Positions 1-9,190 of a DNA stretch of 62,692 bases are shown here, piece after piece. The translations under genes and the position numbers were made by a program. Under the pieces are notes generated by a model that saw only the letters and a program-made list of their open reading frames with translations, made no database searches and had not been told where the DNA came from. Numbering within the stretch: position 1 is the stretch's first letter; the number at the start of each line of letters is the position of its first letter. The DNA comes from Vicinamibacteraceae bacterium. GTDB lineage: Bacteria; Acidobacteriota; Vicinamibacteria; Vicinamibacterales; JAFNAJ01. The stretch covers positions 1 to 62,692 of the forward strand of contig JBDIBB010000003.1 in NCBI GenBank assembly GCA_039812685.1. The letters run 5' to 3'.

Positions 1-636
1 TGCGCCGAGCGCCAGCAGCAGCTGGTAGCAGGCCGTCAGCGCCAGGGCGCCGTAGAACACGCCACTGAAGGTCGCGGTCTTGCGATCGGCGGCGAAGAAG
101 GCCGCCGGCCGCCACAGCCGCAACGGTACCCGAATGGACTGGCGGCTCGCCGCGCGGACGTAGACCGTGGTTCCCTCGGCCGGGGCGATGTCGAAGACGA
201 AGGACGGGTGCGCGACATCGCGCGTGGAGACGGGCAGCAGCTGGCCGGTGCGCGTCACGACGAGGCGGCCGCGGTCGTCGAGGCGGTACACGCACACGCT
301 GGTGAGGGTGGGGTTGTCCACCTCGAGCAGCAGCGGCGTCGTGCGGGCGCCAATCTCGAAGCGGAGCCAGAAGGCGCTGCTCGTGGTCCCCCGCCGCAGC
401 GTTGGCGTGTCGAGCGGCACGAAGGACGCGGCCAGCGCCGGGCCGCTGACGTCGGCGAGCGTCAGCGAGGCGCTGGGATCCTCCAGCACCCGGACGACGC
501 CCTGGTTCGCCGAGGCGTCCTCGAGGCTCTCCGACTCCGACACGGCCAGCTGCCTGGGAGAGGAGCAGGCCGCGGTCAGCCACAGCACAGCCAGCAGGAG
601 GGCGGTGCCGGCCGCCCCACGATCAGGCGCACCCAT
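1..636 (-). CDS. 7TMR-DISM-type membrane sensor, N-terminal portion (ORF open to the window edge)
   Basis: ATG at 636-634 lies 2 nt after the TGA (640-638) of the upstream kinase. My translation MGAPDRGAAGTALLLAVLWLTAACSS... gives a lipoprotein-like signal peptide. It continues with AFWLRFEI...SIRVPLRLW, resembling a 7TMR-DISMED2 extracellular domain, then a first TM helix. No stop occurs before position 1. Confidence 0.5.
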   Translation of the reverse strand, partial: MGAPDRGAAGTALLLAVLWLTAACSSPRQLAVSESESLEDASANQGVVRVLEDPSASLTLADVSGPALAASFVPLDTPTLRRGTTSSAFWLRFEIGARTTPLLLEVDNPTLTSVCVYRLDDRGRLVVTRTGQLLPVSTRDVAHPSFVFDIAPAEGTTVYVRAASRQSIRVPLRLWRPAAFFAADRKTATFSGVFYGALALTACYQLLLALGA

Positions 637-637
637 G

Positions 638-2236
638 TCAGACGCTGTCCCGTTCGAGCACGGGCAGGTAGACGTGGAACGCCGTGCCGCGCGCCTGATC
701 CGTGTCGACGGCGATGGCCCCGTGGTGCTGCTGGACGATGCCGTGGCAGATGGTCAGGCCGAGGCCGGTGCCACGACCCGCCTCCTTGGTGGTGAAGAAC
801 GGCTCGAACAGGCGCTCGAGCACGTCCGGCGGGATGCCGCGGCCCGTGTCGCGCACCTCGATCGCGACGCAGGGGCCGGCCGGAACGGGGCTGGTGATGA
901 CCCGGTGACCGCCCACGGCAGGCGCGACCGACACGGCCACGACCAGGCGCCCGCCCTCGGGCATCGCGTCGCCCGCATTGATCGCGAGGTTCAGCAGGAC
1001 CTGCAGCAACTGCGCGGGGTCGCCGCGTACCGGCGGCACGTCCTCCGGCAGATCGAACGACAGGTCGACGTGGTGCGGGAGGCTGCGCCGCAGCATGCGT
1101 GTGGCGGCCCGCACCTCGGCGACGGTGTTCATCGGCTTGTGCAGGGTAGGTTCGCGCCGCGAGAAGGTCAACAGGTGGCCCGCCAGCGTCGCCCCCTGCT
1201 CGGCGGCCGCCACCAGCTCGTCGAGCGCCGCGCGCTGGCCCTCGCCGAGGCCGTCGTCGGCGATGAGGGCCGCGCAGCCGAGTACGACCGACAGCACGTT
1301 GTTGAAGTCGTGCGCCACGCCGGCGGCGAGCCGGCCGACGCACTCCATCTTCTGGGCCTGCAGCAGCTCCTGCCGCAGCAGGCGGCGTTCGGTGACGTCG
1401 CGCGAGGTGATCAGGATGGCGCCCACGTCCGGATGCTGCAGCAGGTTCTGCCCGACCGACTCCAGGTACCGCCAGCTTCCGTTGGCGTGACGGAACCGGA
1501 ACTCATGGACGGCGATCGAACCCGTGTGCGCCAGCAGGTCGCCGAGGTGCCGCCGCATCGCCTCGTGGTCGTCCGGATGGATGTAGTCGAAGGGTGAGCG
1601 TCCGAGCTGCTCGCCCGGCTGGTACCCCATCACGCGGTGCGCAGCCGGGGTCTGATAGAGCCAGCGTCCCTCGGCATCGTGCAGCGTGATGATGTCGGTC
1701 GAGTGGCTGATCAGGGCGCCGAACCGTTCCTCGCGCGCCCGCAGCGCCTCTTCGGCCTGGCGCCGCCGCGCGTCGGCCTTGGCCCGCTCGGTGACGTCGC
1801 GGAAGAGCGCGGCCACGCGGCGCGGGCCGATGCGGAAGGCCGACACCTCGTAGGCCCCGGCGATGTCGCCTTCGGCATAGGTGACCAGCTCGGTCTCGAA
1901 GGCCTCGCCCGTCTCGGCCACGCGCCGGTAGGCCCCGGGGATCGGGCCCTCGGTCAAGGCGGGAAACGCATCCTCGATCGTCCGGCCGATGAACTGATGG
2001 TTGTCGACCCCCAGGATCCGGTCGGCCGCGGGATTGGCCGCGACGAAGATCAGCCGGCCATCGCCGTGCAGTTCGTAGACATGGCTCCCGAAGGGCGCCG
2101 CCTCGATGAACGCGCGAAGCTGGCGCGGCAGCGCGTCGTCGACCTCACGCTCCAGTTCGGCCACGCGCGCCGACAGCCTGGCCACCTGCTCGCGCGGGTC
2201 CGGCGCCCCGGTACCATCGTCGCGCTCATGTCGCAT
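638..2236 (-). CDS. PAS/PAC sensor histidine kinase
   Basis: ORF 638-2545(-) has two PAS-like segments, an H-box (AAGVAHDFNNVLSVV) and ATPase boxes (RDTGRGIPPDV, GRGTGLGLTICHGIV). Start placed at ATG 2236 (MRHERDDG) because codons further upstream have low GC3. ATG 2344 is the alternative. Confidence 0.85.
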   Translation of the reverse strand: MRHERDDGTGAPDPREQVARLSARVAELEREVDDALPRQLRAFIEAAPFGSHVYELHGDGRLIFVAANPAADRILGVDNHQFIGRTIEDAFPALTEGPIPGAYRRVAETGEAFETELVTYAEGDIAGAYEVSAFRIGPRRVAALFRDVTERAKADARRRQAEEALRAREERFGALISHSTDIITLHDAEGRWLYQTPAAHRVMGYQPGEQLGRSPFDYIHPDDHEAMRRHLGDLLAHTGSIAVHEFRFRHANGSWRYLESVGQNLLQHPDVGAILITSRDVTERRLLRQELLQAQKMECVGRLAAGVAHDFNNVLSVVLGCAALIADDGLGEGQRAALDELVAAAEQGATLAGHLLTFSRREPTLHKPMNTVAEVRAATRMLRRSLPHHVDLSFDLPEDVPPVRGDPAQLLQVLLNLAINAGDAMPEGGRLVVAVSVAPAVGGHRVITSPVPAGPCVAIEVRDTGRGIPPDVLERLFEPFFTTKEAGRGTGLGLTICHGIVQQHHGAIAVDTDQARGTAFHVYLPVLERDSV

Positions 2237-2342
2237 GCCGTCACTGGCGGGGCGTTCGTCCCGATCGAGCGTATCGCGGTCCTCCGGGAGTAGTATCGGC
2301 AGGAGTCGCCGCCAGCCATACGGCGGCCGACGAGGAGATGAC

Positions 2343-2885
2343 ATGAGCGAGACACCACGCCCCCCGGCGCCGGCCGCCGCGGGGTCTTCGATCGAGCCCT
2401 GGTTGCGCGGGCCCATCGCCGGCGTCCCACCGCTGCTGCAGCCCGCCGCGCACGCGCTGATCCACGCGGCCGAGGAGGTGCGCCGCGTGGTGGCTCCTCT
2501 GGGAGCCGACCTGGTCTGGCGGCGCCCCGGCCCTGCCGCCACCATCGCCTTTCACGTGCGGCATGCCGGAGGAGCCCTCGACCGGCTGTTCACCTACGCG
2601 CGTGGCGAGGCCCTCTCGCCACAGCAGTTCGACGAGCTGAAGCATGAGGGCCTGGCCGGCGATCCCCCCGAGGACGGTGCCATGCTGGCCGCCGCGTTCG
2701 AGCGGCGCGTGGCGGCCGCCATCGATCAGTTGCGCGCCACCGATCCGGCACGGCTCCTCGATGCGCGCGCGGTGGGCCGTCGCCAGCTGCCCTCGACCGT
2801 GCTCGGCCTCCTCTTCCATGCGGCCGAACACACGCAGCGCCACGTGGGACAGATCGTGACGACCTCGCGCCTGCTGGGCGCCTGA
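2343..2885 (+). CDS. DinB family protein
   Basis: GAGGAG lies 6 nt upstream of ATG 2343. The 180-aa product carries the His pattern (HALIHAAEE ... FHAAEHTQRHVGQI) typical of DinB/YfiT-like helical-bundle metalloproteins. Confidence 0.75.
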   Translation: MSETPRPPAPAAAGSSIEPWLRGPIAGVPPLLQPAAHALIHAAEEVRRVVAPLGADLVWRRPGPAATIAFHVRHAGGALDRLFTYARGEALSPQQFDELKHEGLAGDPPEDGAMLAAAFERRVAAAIDQLRATDPARLLDARAVGRRQLPSTVLGLLFHAAEHTQRHVGQIVTTSRLLGA

Positions 2886-2960
2886 ACGGGGCTGCCGGGC
2901 CGGCCGCGGCCGGTCAGGCCGGTACGCCGCGGGGCTTCCGCCCGCGGCAGGAGGTGACAG

Positions 2961-4562
2961 GTGGGATTCAGTCGATCCTGGCGGCGCTCTGCCGTTGCTC
3001 TCGTCCTGCTCACCGCGATGGCGGGGAGTCCCCGGGCGTTCGCCCGGCAGGCGCCCGCGCCCGTGCCGGCGCCGCCGCCAGGCCTGGCCGCGCTGATCGG
3101 GCGGGCGATGACCGGCTTCGAGGTGCCCGGCCTCGCCGTGGCGATCGTCAAGGACGGTCACGTGGTGGCCGCAAGGGGCTACGGTGTGCGCCGGCTGGGC
3201 GAGCCGGCGCCGGTGGACGCCGACACCCGCTTCGGCATCGCGTCGAACACGAAGGTGTTCACCGCCGTCGCGCTGGGTTTGCTCGTCGAAGAGGGGAAGA
3301 TCGAGTGGGACGCGCCGGTGGTGCGCTATCTCCCGTGGTTCCAGATGTGGGATCCCTGGGTGACGCGCGAGCTCACCGTGCGCGATCTGCTCGTGCACCG
3401 CAGCGGGCTGGCGCTGGGCGCCGGCGACCTGCTCTGGTGGCCGCCCACCACCTATGACCGCCGCGAGATCGCGCGGCGCCTGCGCCACCTGCCGCCGTCC
3501 ACCAGCTTCCGCAGCGCGTATGCCTACGACAACGTGCTCTACCTCGTCGCAGGCGAGCTGATCGCGGAGGTGGCCGGACAGTCCTGGGAGGACTTCGTCA
3601 GCGAGCGCATCCTGACGCGGGTCGGCATGACGGGCAGCACCGTGCGGCACTCCGATGCGCTCGGGCCCGGCAACGTCGCGGCGACGCACGCGCGCGTGGA
3701 CGGCGCCGTGCGCCGTGTGGCCCCGTTCGCCGCCGACAACGCCAACCCCGCGGCGGGCATCAACTCCAGCGCGAGCGACATGGCGAAGTGGCTGCTCGTG
3801 CTGCTCGGGCAGGGCGCGCTCGCCGATGGGTCGCGACTCTATGCCGAGCGCACGGCGCGCGACCTGGTCTCCATCGTCACCCCGCTGGCCACCGGCACGC
3901 CGGCGCCGGAGCTCGTCGCGCAGCGGCCGAACTTCCGCGGCTACGCGCTCGGGCTCAACGTGCAGGACTACCGGGGCCGGAAGATGGTGACCCACACCGG
4001 AAGCCTGCCCGGCTACGTGTCGCGGGTGACGTGGATGCCGGACGAGCGCCTGGGCGTGGCCGTGCTCACCAACCAGGAATCCGGTGAGGCGTTCAACGCG
4101 ATCACCTACACGGTGCTCGACCACTACCTCGGCGTGCCGGCCACCGACTGGGTGAGCGCCTACCAGCAGGTGAGGGCGCGCGGCGCCGCGCGGACGGCCG
4201 ACGCGATGGCCGCGGCCGAGTCGGCGCGCGACCGGAGCTCGCGGCCGTCGCTGCCGCTGGATCGCTACGCCGGCGCCTACGCCGACGATTGGTACGGCCC
4301 GGTGACGATCGCGCTGGAGGGCGATCGGCTGGTGCTGCGCTTCGGCGCCACCCCGGCGCTGGCCGGGACGCTCGATCACTGGCAGCACGACACCTTCGTC
4401 GTGCGGTGGATCGACCGCGAGCTGCGCGCCGACGCGTTCGTCACCTTCGCGCTCGGCCCCGACGGCCGCGTCGAGCAGGCGAAGATGCGGGCCGTGTCGC
4501 CCGACACCGATTTCAGCTTCGACTTCCACCACCTGCTGCTGAAGCCGGTGGCGAAGCGGTAA
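2961..4562 (+). CDS. serine hydrolase, class C beta-lactamase/PBP-like family, exported
   Basis: GTG 2961 is preceded by AGGAGG. The product has a signal peptide (ALVLLTAMAGSPRAFA), an SxxK motif (ASNTK), a YxN motif (YAYDN) and an extra C-terminal domain. Confidence 0.85.
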   Translation: MGFSRSWRRSAVALVLLTAMAGSPRAFARQAPAPVPAPPPGLAALIGRAMTGFEVPGLAVAIVKDGHVVAARGYGVRRLGEPAPVDADTRFGIASNTKVFTAVALGLLVEEGKIEWDAPVVRYLPWFQMWDPWVTRELTVRDLLVHRSGLALGAGDLLWWPPTTYDRREIARRLRHLPPSTSFRSAYAYDNVLYLVAGELIAEVAGQSWEDFVSERILTRVGMTGSTVRHSDALGPGNVAATHARVDGAVRRVAPFAADNANPAAGINSSASDMAKWLLVLLGQGALADGSRLYAERTARDLVSIVTPLATGTPAPELVAQRPNFRGYALGLNVQDYRGRKMVTHTGSLPGYVSRVTWMPDERLGVAVLTNQESGEAFNAITYTVLDHYLGVPATDWVSAYQQVRARGAARTADAMAAAESARDRSSRPSLPLDRYAGAYADDWYGPVTIALEGDRLVLRFGATPALAGTLDHWQHDTFVVRWIDRELRADAFVTFALGPDGRVEQAKMRAVSPDTDFSFDFHHLLLKPVAKR

Positions 4563-5466
4563 TCGCGGCGGGGGCGCGCCTGGCCTGTCGAGCGCGCGCC
4601 GTCACCCGTTCGAACACCTGCCGCGCCCTGGTCGCGTCGCCGTTGACCAGATGGAAGTTGCCCACGCCGTAGCCCTGCGTGGCGATCGCCGTGGCATCGG
4701 CGCCGGCCACGTCCAGCAGCGCCTCCGGTGTCTCCAGGCCCTTGTACATCAGCAGCCGGCGGTGGTACGACTGGTTCTCGATCACGTCCATCTCCGGCGT
4801 GATGCGATCGAGGATGCGCGCCGCATCGGCCTTCCGGCCCAGGCGCATCAGCGTCATCCACATCCAGTCGCTCACGGCGACGACCGAGTCATCGTTGTCC
4901 GAGACATTCAGGCACTGCGTGTAGGCGTCGAGCGCCTTCTCGAAGCGCCCCTGGAGGTAGTACGCCAGCCCGAGGTGATACCAGACGTTGAAGTGCAGCG
5001 TGCTCCGCGGCTTGCCCGCGGCGTTGGGCGCGCCGTCCGGCTCCACCTCATCGGGCCGCCCGGCGGTCAGCGCCGCGGCCTTCTCCAGATCGGCCACCGC
5101 CAGGTCGAACCTGCGGACGGTGATGTAGCGGTGACCGCGGTGGCGATAGAACCGCGCGTCGTCAGGGTAGCGCCCGATGCCGCGCGTGAACGCGTCGATC
5201 GCGTCCTGGTAGCGCCACAGGTACGCGAGCCGGCGCCCCTTCCAGATCATCGCCTCTGCCGTCAGGGGATTGGCCACCGACACGGCCACGCGATAGTCGG
5301 CCTCGAGCTTCTCCCGGTTGGGCAGCGGATCTGGCGGGTAGAGCGCGACGCCGAGCAGCGATGTCGCCTCGGGCCGCGCCGGTGGGGTCGGCTTCGCCGG
5401 CTGTGCTGGCGCCGGCGCCGTCACGCAGGCCACGAACGCCATCGCGACCAGTGGTGTGCATCTCAT
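4513..5466 (-). CDS. exported tetratricopeptide-repeat-like protein
   Basis: ATG 5466 has GGAG upstream. The signal peptide is MRCTPLVAMAFVACVTAPAPA. TPR-like helical repeats are present (YHLGLAYYLQGRFEKALDAYTQCL). The 3' end overlaps the convergent hydrolase gene by 50 nt. Confidence 0.7.
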   Translation of the reverse strand: MRCTPLVAMAFVACVTAPAPAQPAKPTPPARPEATSLLGVALYPPDPLPNREKLEADYRVAVSVANPLTAEAMIWKGRRLAYLWRYQDAIDAFTRGIGRYPDDARFYRHRGHRYITVRRFDLAVADLEKAAALTAGRPDEVEPDGAPNAAGKPRSTLHFNVWYHLGLAYYLQGRFEKALDAYTQCLNVSDNDDSVVAVSDWMWMTLMRLGRKADAARILDRITPEMDVIENQSYHRRLLMYKGLETPEALLDVAGADATAIATQGYGVGNFHLVNGDATRARQVFERVTARARQARRAPAAITASPPASAAGGGSRS

Positions 5467-5491
5467 CGAAGGACTCCCCGTCGGGCTGATC

Positions 5492-6442
5492 TCAGGCCTC
5501 GGCCGTTCGTCCGGCCCGTGCCGTCTGCGATGCGCCGGCGGGCGCCTCGGCCAGCGCACCCGCCGCCAGGAGGACGAACGCGATCCAGAGCGCATCGGCG
5601 AGCAGCAGGTGGACCATCTGCATCCACACCGGTGCGAGCAACAGCACGTTGACGAACCCGGCGAGCACCTGCGCGATCGTCAGGCTCACCACGGCCAGGG
5701 CGGCCGCACGGCTGCGCCGGTCTCCGGGCGCCAGCGGGATCCTGAAGGCCAGCAGCGCCACCACCGCCCCGACGACGACCGCAATCAGGGGGTGCAGGAC
5801 TCGCAGGCGGACCAGCAGGTGCGAGGTGGCCGAGAACTCCACGCGCAGGGCCTCGCCGAGCGAGTTGGCCGGAAACAGCGTGTCGCCCAGCGCGGCGATG
5901 GCGCCGCTCACGCCGACCGCGAGCAGGCCCAGCGCGAGCGTCAGCATCAGCAGCGCCACGCCCGGCCGGCGTCCCGGGCGCAACGCCGCCCCGCCGGCCA
6001 GCCAGTGGCACGTGAGCGTCAGGGCGGCAATCAGCAGGAACGTGTTGACGAGGTGGGCGGCCATGAAGAACGCGCGCATCAGGCTGGCGTCGTCGGCGAC
6101 CAGGCGGAAGAGCACCAGCAGCGCGCCGAGGAACGTCTCGGCGAGCATGAAGGCCGTCGACCAGGCAGCGCCACGGCGGGCCGCGTGGCCGGGCGGGCAG
6201 GCCTTGAAGGTCCACCAGGCGAGCAGGAGGACACCGATCAGCGCGAGCCCGCTGGTGACGCGGTGCGAGTACTCCACCAGCATCTCCAGGTCGGGCGCGC
6301 GCGGGATCACCTGGCCGTCGCACAGCGGCCAGTGTGCGCCGCAGCCCGCGCCCGATCCCGTGGCGCGGACGTACGCGCCCCAGAGGATGACGAGGACCGT
6401 GTATCCGAGGAAGAGCCTGGCGAAGCGGGCGAGCCTGGGCAT
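5492..6442 (-). CDS. ctaA: heme A synthase (COX15/CtaA family)
   Basis: The N-terminus YVRATGSGAGCGAHWPLCDGQVIP followed by a multi-TM protein matches the COX15/CtaA pattern. Confidence 0.85.
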   Translation of the reverse strand: MPRLARFARLFLGYTVLVILWGAYVRATGSGAGCGAHWPLCDGQVIPRAPDLEMLVEYSHRVTSGLALIGVLLLAWWTFKACPPGHAARRGAAWSTAFMLAETFLGALLVLFRLVADDASLMRAFFMAAHLVNTFLLIAALTLTCHWLAGGAALRPGRRPGVALLMLTLALGLLAVGVSGAIAALGDTLFPANSLGEALRVEFSATSHLLVRLRVLHPLIAVVVGAVVALLAFRIPLAPGDRRSRAAALAVVSLTIAQVLAGFVNVLLLAPVWMQMVHLLLADALWIAFVLLAAGALAEAPAGASQTARAGRTAEA

Positions 6443-6450
6443 GACGCGGG

Positions 6451-6456
6451 ATCATA
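6451..6456 (-). promoter_or_regulatory. -10-like hexamer TATGAT, 8 nt upstream of the ctaA ATG, no SD
   Basis: Minus strand reads TATGAT-CCCGCGTC-ATG. It is an A/T-rich hexamer in an otherwise GC-rich spacer. Confidence 0.3.
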
Positions 6457-6574
6457 CCCGAGGCCAGTTCTGCTATCGTGTCCGATGGCCGTCCCCCGTT
6501 GTGCGGGACGCTCTCATCAGCAACCGGCGTCAACCGCCAGGGCCCGCGCCGGCGGGCCGGCCCAGAGGCCTTCG

Positions 6575-8116
6575 ATGTCCACCTCCACCTCCGCGCTCGC
6601 CCTGCTCGACAGACTGCAGATCAAGGACGTGAACCCCGGCGCCTGCTTCGGCCCCGATGGCTGGATCAGCGATCCCGACGGCCCGATGCTGGTGTCGCAC
6701 AACCCGGCGACCGCCGAGCCGATTGCGCGCATCGTCCAGGCCACCCCGGCCACCTACGAGTGCGTCGTCGACGCGGCGGTGAAGGCGTTCGCCACCTGGC
6801 GGATGGTGCCGGCCCCGAAGCGCGGCGAGGTGATCCGCGATCTCGGCAACGCGCTGCGCGAGGCCAGGGAGCCTCTCGGCGACCTGGTGAGCCTGGAGAT
6901 GGGGAAGATCCGCGCCGAGGGCCACGGCGAAGTGCAGGAGATGATCGACATCTGCGATTTCGCGGTGGGCCTCTCCCGCCAGCTCTACGGCCTCACGATG
7001 GCCTCCGAGCGTCCCGCGCACCGGATGATGGAGCAGTGGCACCCGCTGGGCGTCGTGGGCGTCATCACGGCCTTCAACTTCCCGGTGGCCGTCTGGGCCT
7101 GGAACACGGCCATCGCGGCCGTCTGTGGCGATCCCGTCGTGTGGAAGCCGGCCGGCCCCACGCCGCTCTGCGCCGTGGCCGTCCAGCACATCGCCAACCG
7201 CGTGATGGCCGATCACGGCCTCTCGGGCGTCTTCACGCTGGTCATCGGCCCGGGCCGCAGCGTTGGCGAGGTGATGCTGCACGACAGGCGCCTGCCGCTC
7301 GTGTCCTTCACCGGCTCGACGCAGGTCGGTGAGCACGTGGCCGCCAGCGTCGCGCGCCGCTTCGGCCGCACGATTCTGGAACTCGGCGGCAACAACGCCA
7401 TCATCGTCACCGAGGACGCCAACCTCGATCTCGCGACGCGCGCGATCCTCTTCGGCGCCGTCGGCACGGCCGGTCAGCGCTGCACCTCCACGCGCAGGGT
7501 CATCGTGCACCGCAGCATCGCGAAGGCGCTCACCGACCGGCTCGTGAGCGCCTACGCGCAGGTGCGGATCGGCGATCCGCTCGACGCCAGGACGCTGATG
7601 GGTCCGCTGGTGGTCCCCGAGGCGGTCACCGAGATGTTCGATGCCATCGAGCAGGCCAGGGCCGAGGGCGGCGAGGTGCTGTGCGGCGCGCAGCCGCGGC
7701 CCGATGTCGGCGCGCAGTTCGTCGAGCCGACCATCATCCGGATGCCCGCGCAGACCGGCATCGTGAGGAAGGAGACGTTCGCGCCGATCCTCTACGTGCT
7801 CGAGTACGACCAGTTCGGCGAGGCACTCGCGCTGCACAACGACGTGCCGCAGGGACTGGCGTCCGCCATCTTCACCGAGAGCATGCGCAAGGCCGAGGAG
7901 TTCCTCTCGGCGCGCGGTTCGGATTGCGGCATCGCCAACGTGAACATCGGCACCTCGGGCGCGGAGATCGGCGGCGCGTTCGGCGGCGAGAAGGAGACCG
8001 GTGGCGGCCGCGAGTCGGGATCCGACGCGTGGAAGGCCTACATGCGCCGGCAGACCAACACGGTGAACTGGTCCACGGACCTGCCGCTCGCCCAGGGCAT
8101 CAGGTTCGGGGAGTAG
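6575..8116 (+). CDS. ALDH7-type aldehyde dehydrogenase (piperideine-6-carboxylate / alpha-aminoadipic semialdehyde dehydrogenase-like)
   Basis: Contains ELGGNNA and GTAGQRCTS catalytic motifs. The C-terminus GGEKETGGGRESGSDAWKAYMRRQTNTVNWSTDLPLAQGIRF closely mirrors the antiquitin (ALDH7A1) tail. Confidence 0.9.
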   Translation: MSTSTSALALLDRLQIKDVNPGACFGPDGWISDPDGPMLVSHNPATAEPIARIVQATPATYECVVDAAVKAFATWRMVPAPKRGEVIRDLGNALREAREPLGDLVSLEMGKIRAEGHGEVQEMIDICDFAVGLSRQLYGLTMASERPAHRMMEQWHPLGVVGVITAFNFPVAVWAWNTAIAAVCGDPVVWKPAGPTPLCAVAVQHIANRVMADHGLSGVFTLVIGPGRSVGEVMLHDRRLPLVSFTGSTQVGEHVAASVARRFGRTILELGGNNAIIVTEDANLDLATRAILFGAVGTAGQRCTSTRRVIVHRSIAKALTDRLVSAYAQVRIGDPLDARTLMGPLVVPEAVTEMFDAIEQARAEGGEVLCGAQPRPDVGAQFVEPTIIRMPAQTGIVRKETFAPILYVLEYDQFGEALALHNDVPQGLASAIFTESMRKAEEFLSARGSDCGIANVNIGTSGAEIGGAFGGEKETGGGRESGSDAWKAYMRRQTNTVNWSTDLPLAQGIRFGE

Positions 8117-8124
8117 GTCGCGTG

Positions 8125-8150
8125 GGGCCGCGCCGGATCCGGCGCGGCCC
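8125..8150 (+). terminator. perfect 26-nt palindrome (12-13 bp stem) just after the ALDH stop
   Basis: GGGCCGCGCCGGATCCGGCGCGGCCC is its own reverse complement and starts 9 nt after TAG 8114-8116. There is no U-tract. Confidence 0.5.
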
Positions 8151-8221
8151 AGCCACGGTCGTGGTGCGCGGGACGAGCGGCGCGGGCGCCGCCGGCTGTC
8201 CCCGCGATCCCGCGCCGCAAC

Positions 8222-8250
8222 TTGCGCCGGCCGCCATCTGGACCGATAAT
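8222..8250 (+). promoter_or_regulatory. sigma-70-like promoter TTGCGC-17-GATAAT upstream of the ECF sigma gene
   Basis: -35 at 8222-8227, a 17-nt spacer, -10 at 8245-8250, and ATG at 8282. Confidence 0.35.
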
Positions 8251-8281
8251 TGGCGGAATTTCCCTCGTTCCAGCGATTGAC

Positions 8282-8851
8282 ATGGCTCCCCTCCGGCACG
8301 GCGGCGAGGCTCGCGCGGCATCTCAGACGGCACCCGCTAGCGGTGATGCCGCCGCCTCGTTGTTCAGCCTGGTCTACGACGAGTTGCACCGGCTGGCCGC
8401 GGCCGCCTTGCGCAACGAACGCCGCGATCACACGCTACAGCCGACGGCGCTCGTCCACGAGGCCTACCTGCGGCTTGCTGGCGAGCCGGATGGCCGGTGG
8501 GAGAGCCGCGCGCACTTCCTGGCCGTGGCGGCCCAGGCCATGCGGCGCATCCTCGTGGACCACGCCCGCGGCCGCAACGCGCTCAAGCGCGGCAGCGGCT
8601 GGCGCGCCGAGCCGATCGACGGCCTCGATCTGCCGACGCTGCCCGGCGGCGAACCGATCGACCTGCTGGCGCTCGACGAGGCGCTCGCGCGGCTCGCGGC
8701 GCTCGATCCCCGGCAGGCGCAGGTCGTGGAGCTGAGGTTCTTCGGCGGGCTGACCGTCGAGGAGACGGCGGCGGTGACGGGCCTCTCCGACCGGACGGTG
8801 AAGCGCGAGTGGCAGATGGCGCGCGCCTGGCTGCGCCGCGAGATGATGTGA
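8282..8851 (+). CDS. ECF-type RNA polymerase sigma factor (TIGR02999-like)
   Basis: LFSLVYDELHRLAAAALRNERRDHTLQPTALVHEAYLRL (region 2) and LRFFGGLTVEETAAVTGLSDRTVKREWQMARAWL (region 4 HTH). Confidence 0.85.
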   Translation: MAPLRHGGEARAASQTAPASGDAAASLFSLVYDELHRLAAAALRNERRDHTLQPTALVHEAYLRLAGEPDGRWESRAHFLAVAAQAMRRILVDHARGRNALKRGSGWRAEPIDGLDLPTLPGGEPIDLLALDEALARLAALDPRQAQVVELRFFGGLTVEETAAVTGLSDRTVKREWQMARAWLRREMM

Positions 8852-8869
8852 TGCAGGTCTCGGCCTGCC

Positions 8870-9190
8870 TCAACGGCGCGGGCGCAGCACCTGCCGCACC
8901 TCGTCGACCGACGCGGGCTGCCAGGCGCTGCCGAACCGCACGTGCAGGACCGGCAACCACTCGTCGAGCGTGAGCGCGGCCGTGAGGACGTGAAGGGCCT
9001 CGCACTCGACCGCGAACGCGCGGCGCTCGGCCGGCGAGGCATCGTCGAGGAAGGCGTCGCGCGCCTCGACCGCCGTTTCGAAATCGGCTTCCCAGTCCTC
9101 GTGCAGATACCCCCGCAGGAACACCCCGACCAGCGGAAATGCGGCGCGCGTCACGTCGGGAGCCGCACGCGGCGGACGGCGGCGCTTCAT
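8870..9190 (-). CDS. CdiI-type (contact-dependent inhibition) immunity protein
   Basis: 106-aa ORF with FLRGYLHEDWEADFETAVEARDAF, the YxHxDW-type motif of CdiI-like immunity proteins. Its ATG overlaps the toxin stop (ATGA at 9190-9187). Confidence 0.65.
   Translation of the reverse strand: MKRRRPPRAAPDVTRAAFPLVGVFLRGYLHEDWEADFETAVEARDAFLDDASPAERRAFAVECEALHVLTAALTLDEWLPVLHVRFGSAWQPASVDEVRQVLRPRR

Noticed and set aside
2900-2913. 14-nt palindrome CCGGCCGCGGCCGG after the DinB gene as a terminator.
   Set aside because: It is too short, and such GC palindromes are expected by chance at this base composition.
4513-4562. 50-nt convergent overlap between the beta-lactamase-like gene and the TPR gene.
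   Set aside because: This is most simply explained by the absence of an earlier stop codon in the GC-rich antisense frame. The overlapping TPR tail is low-complexity (ARQARRAPAAITASPPASAAGGGSRS).
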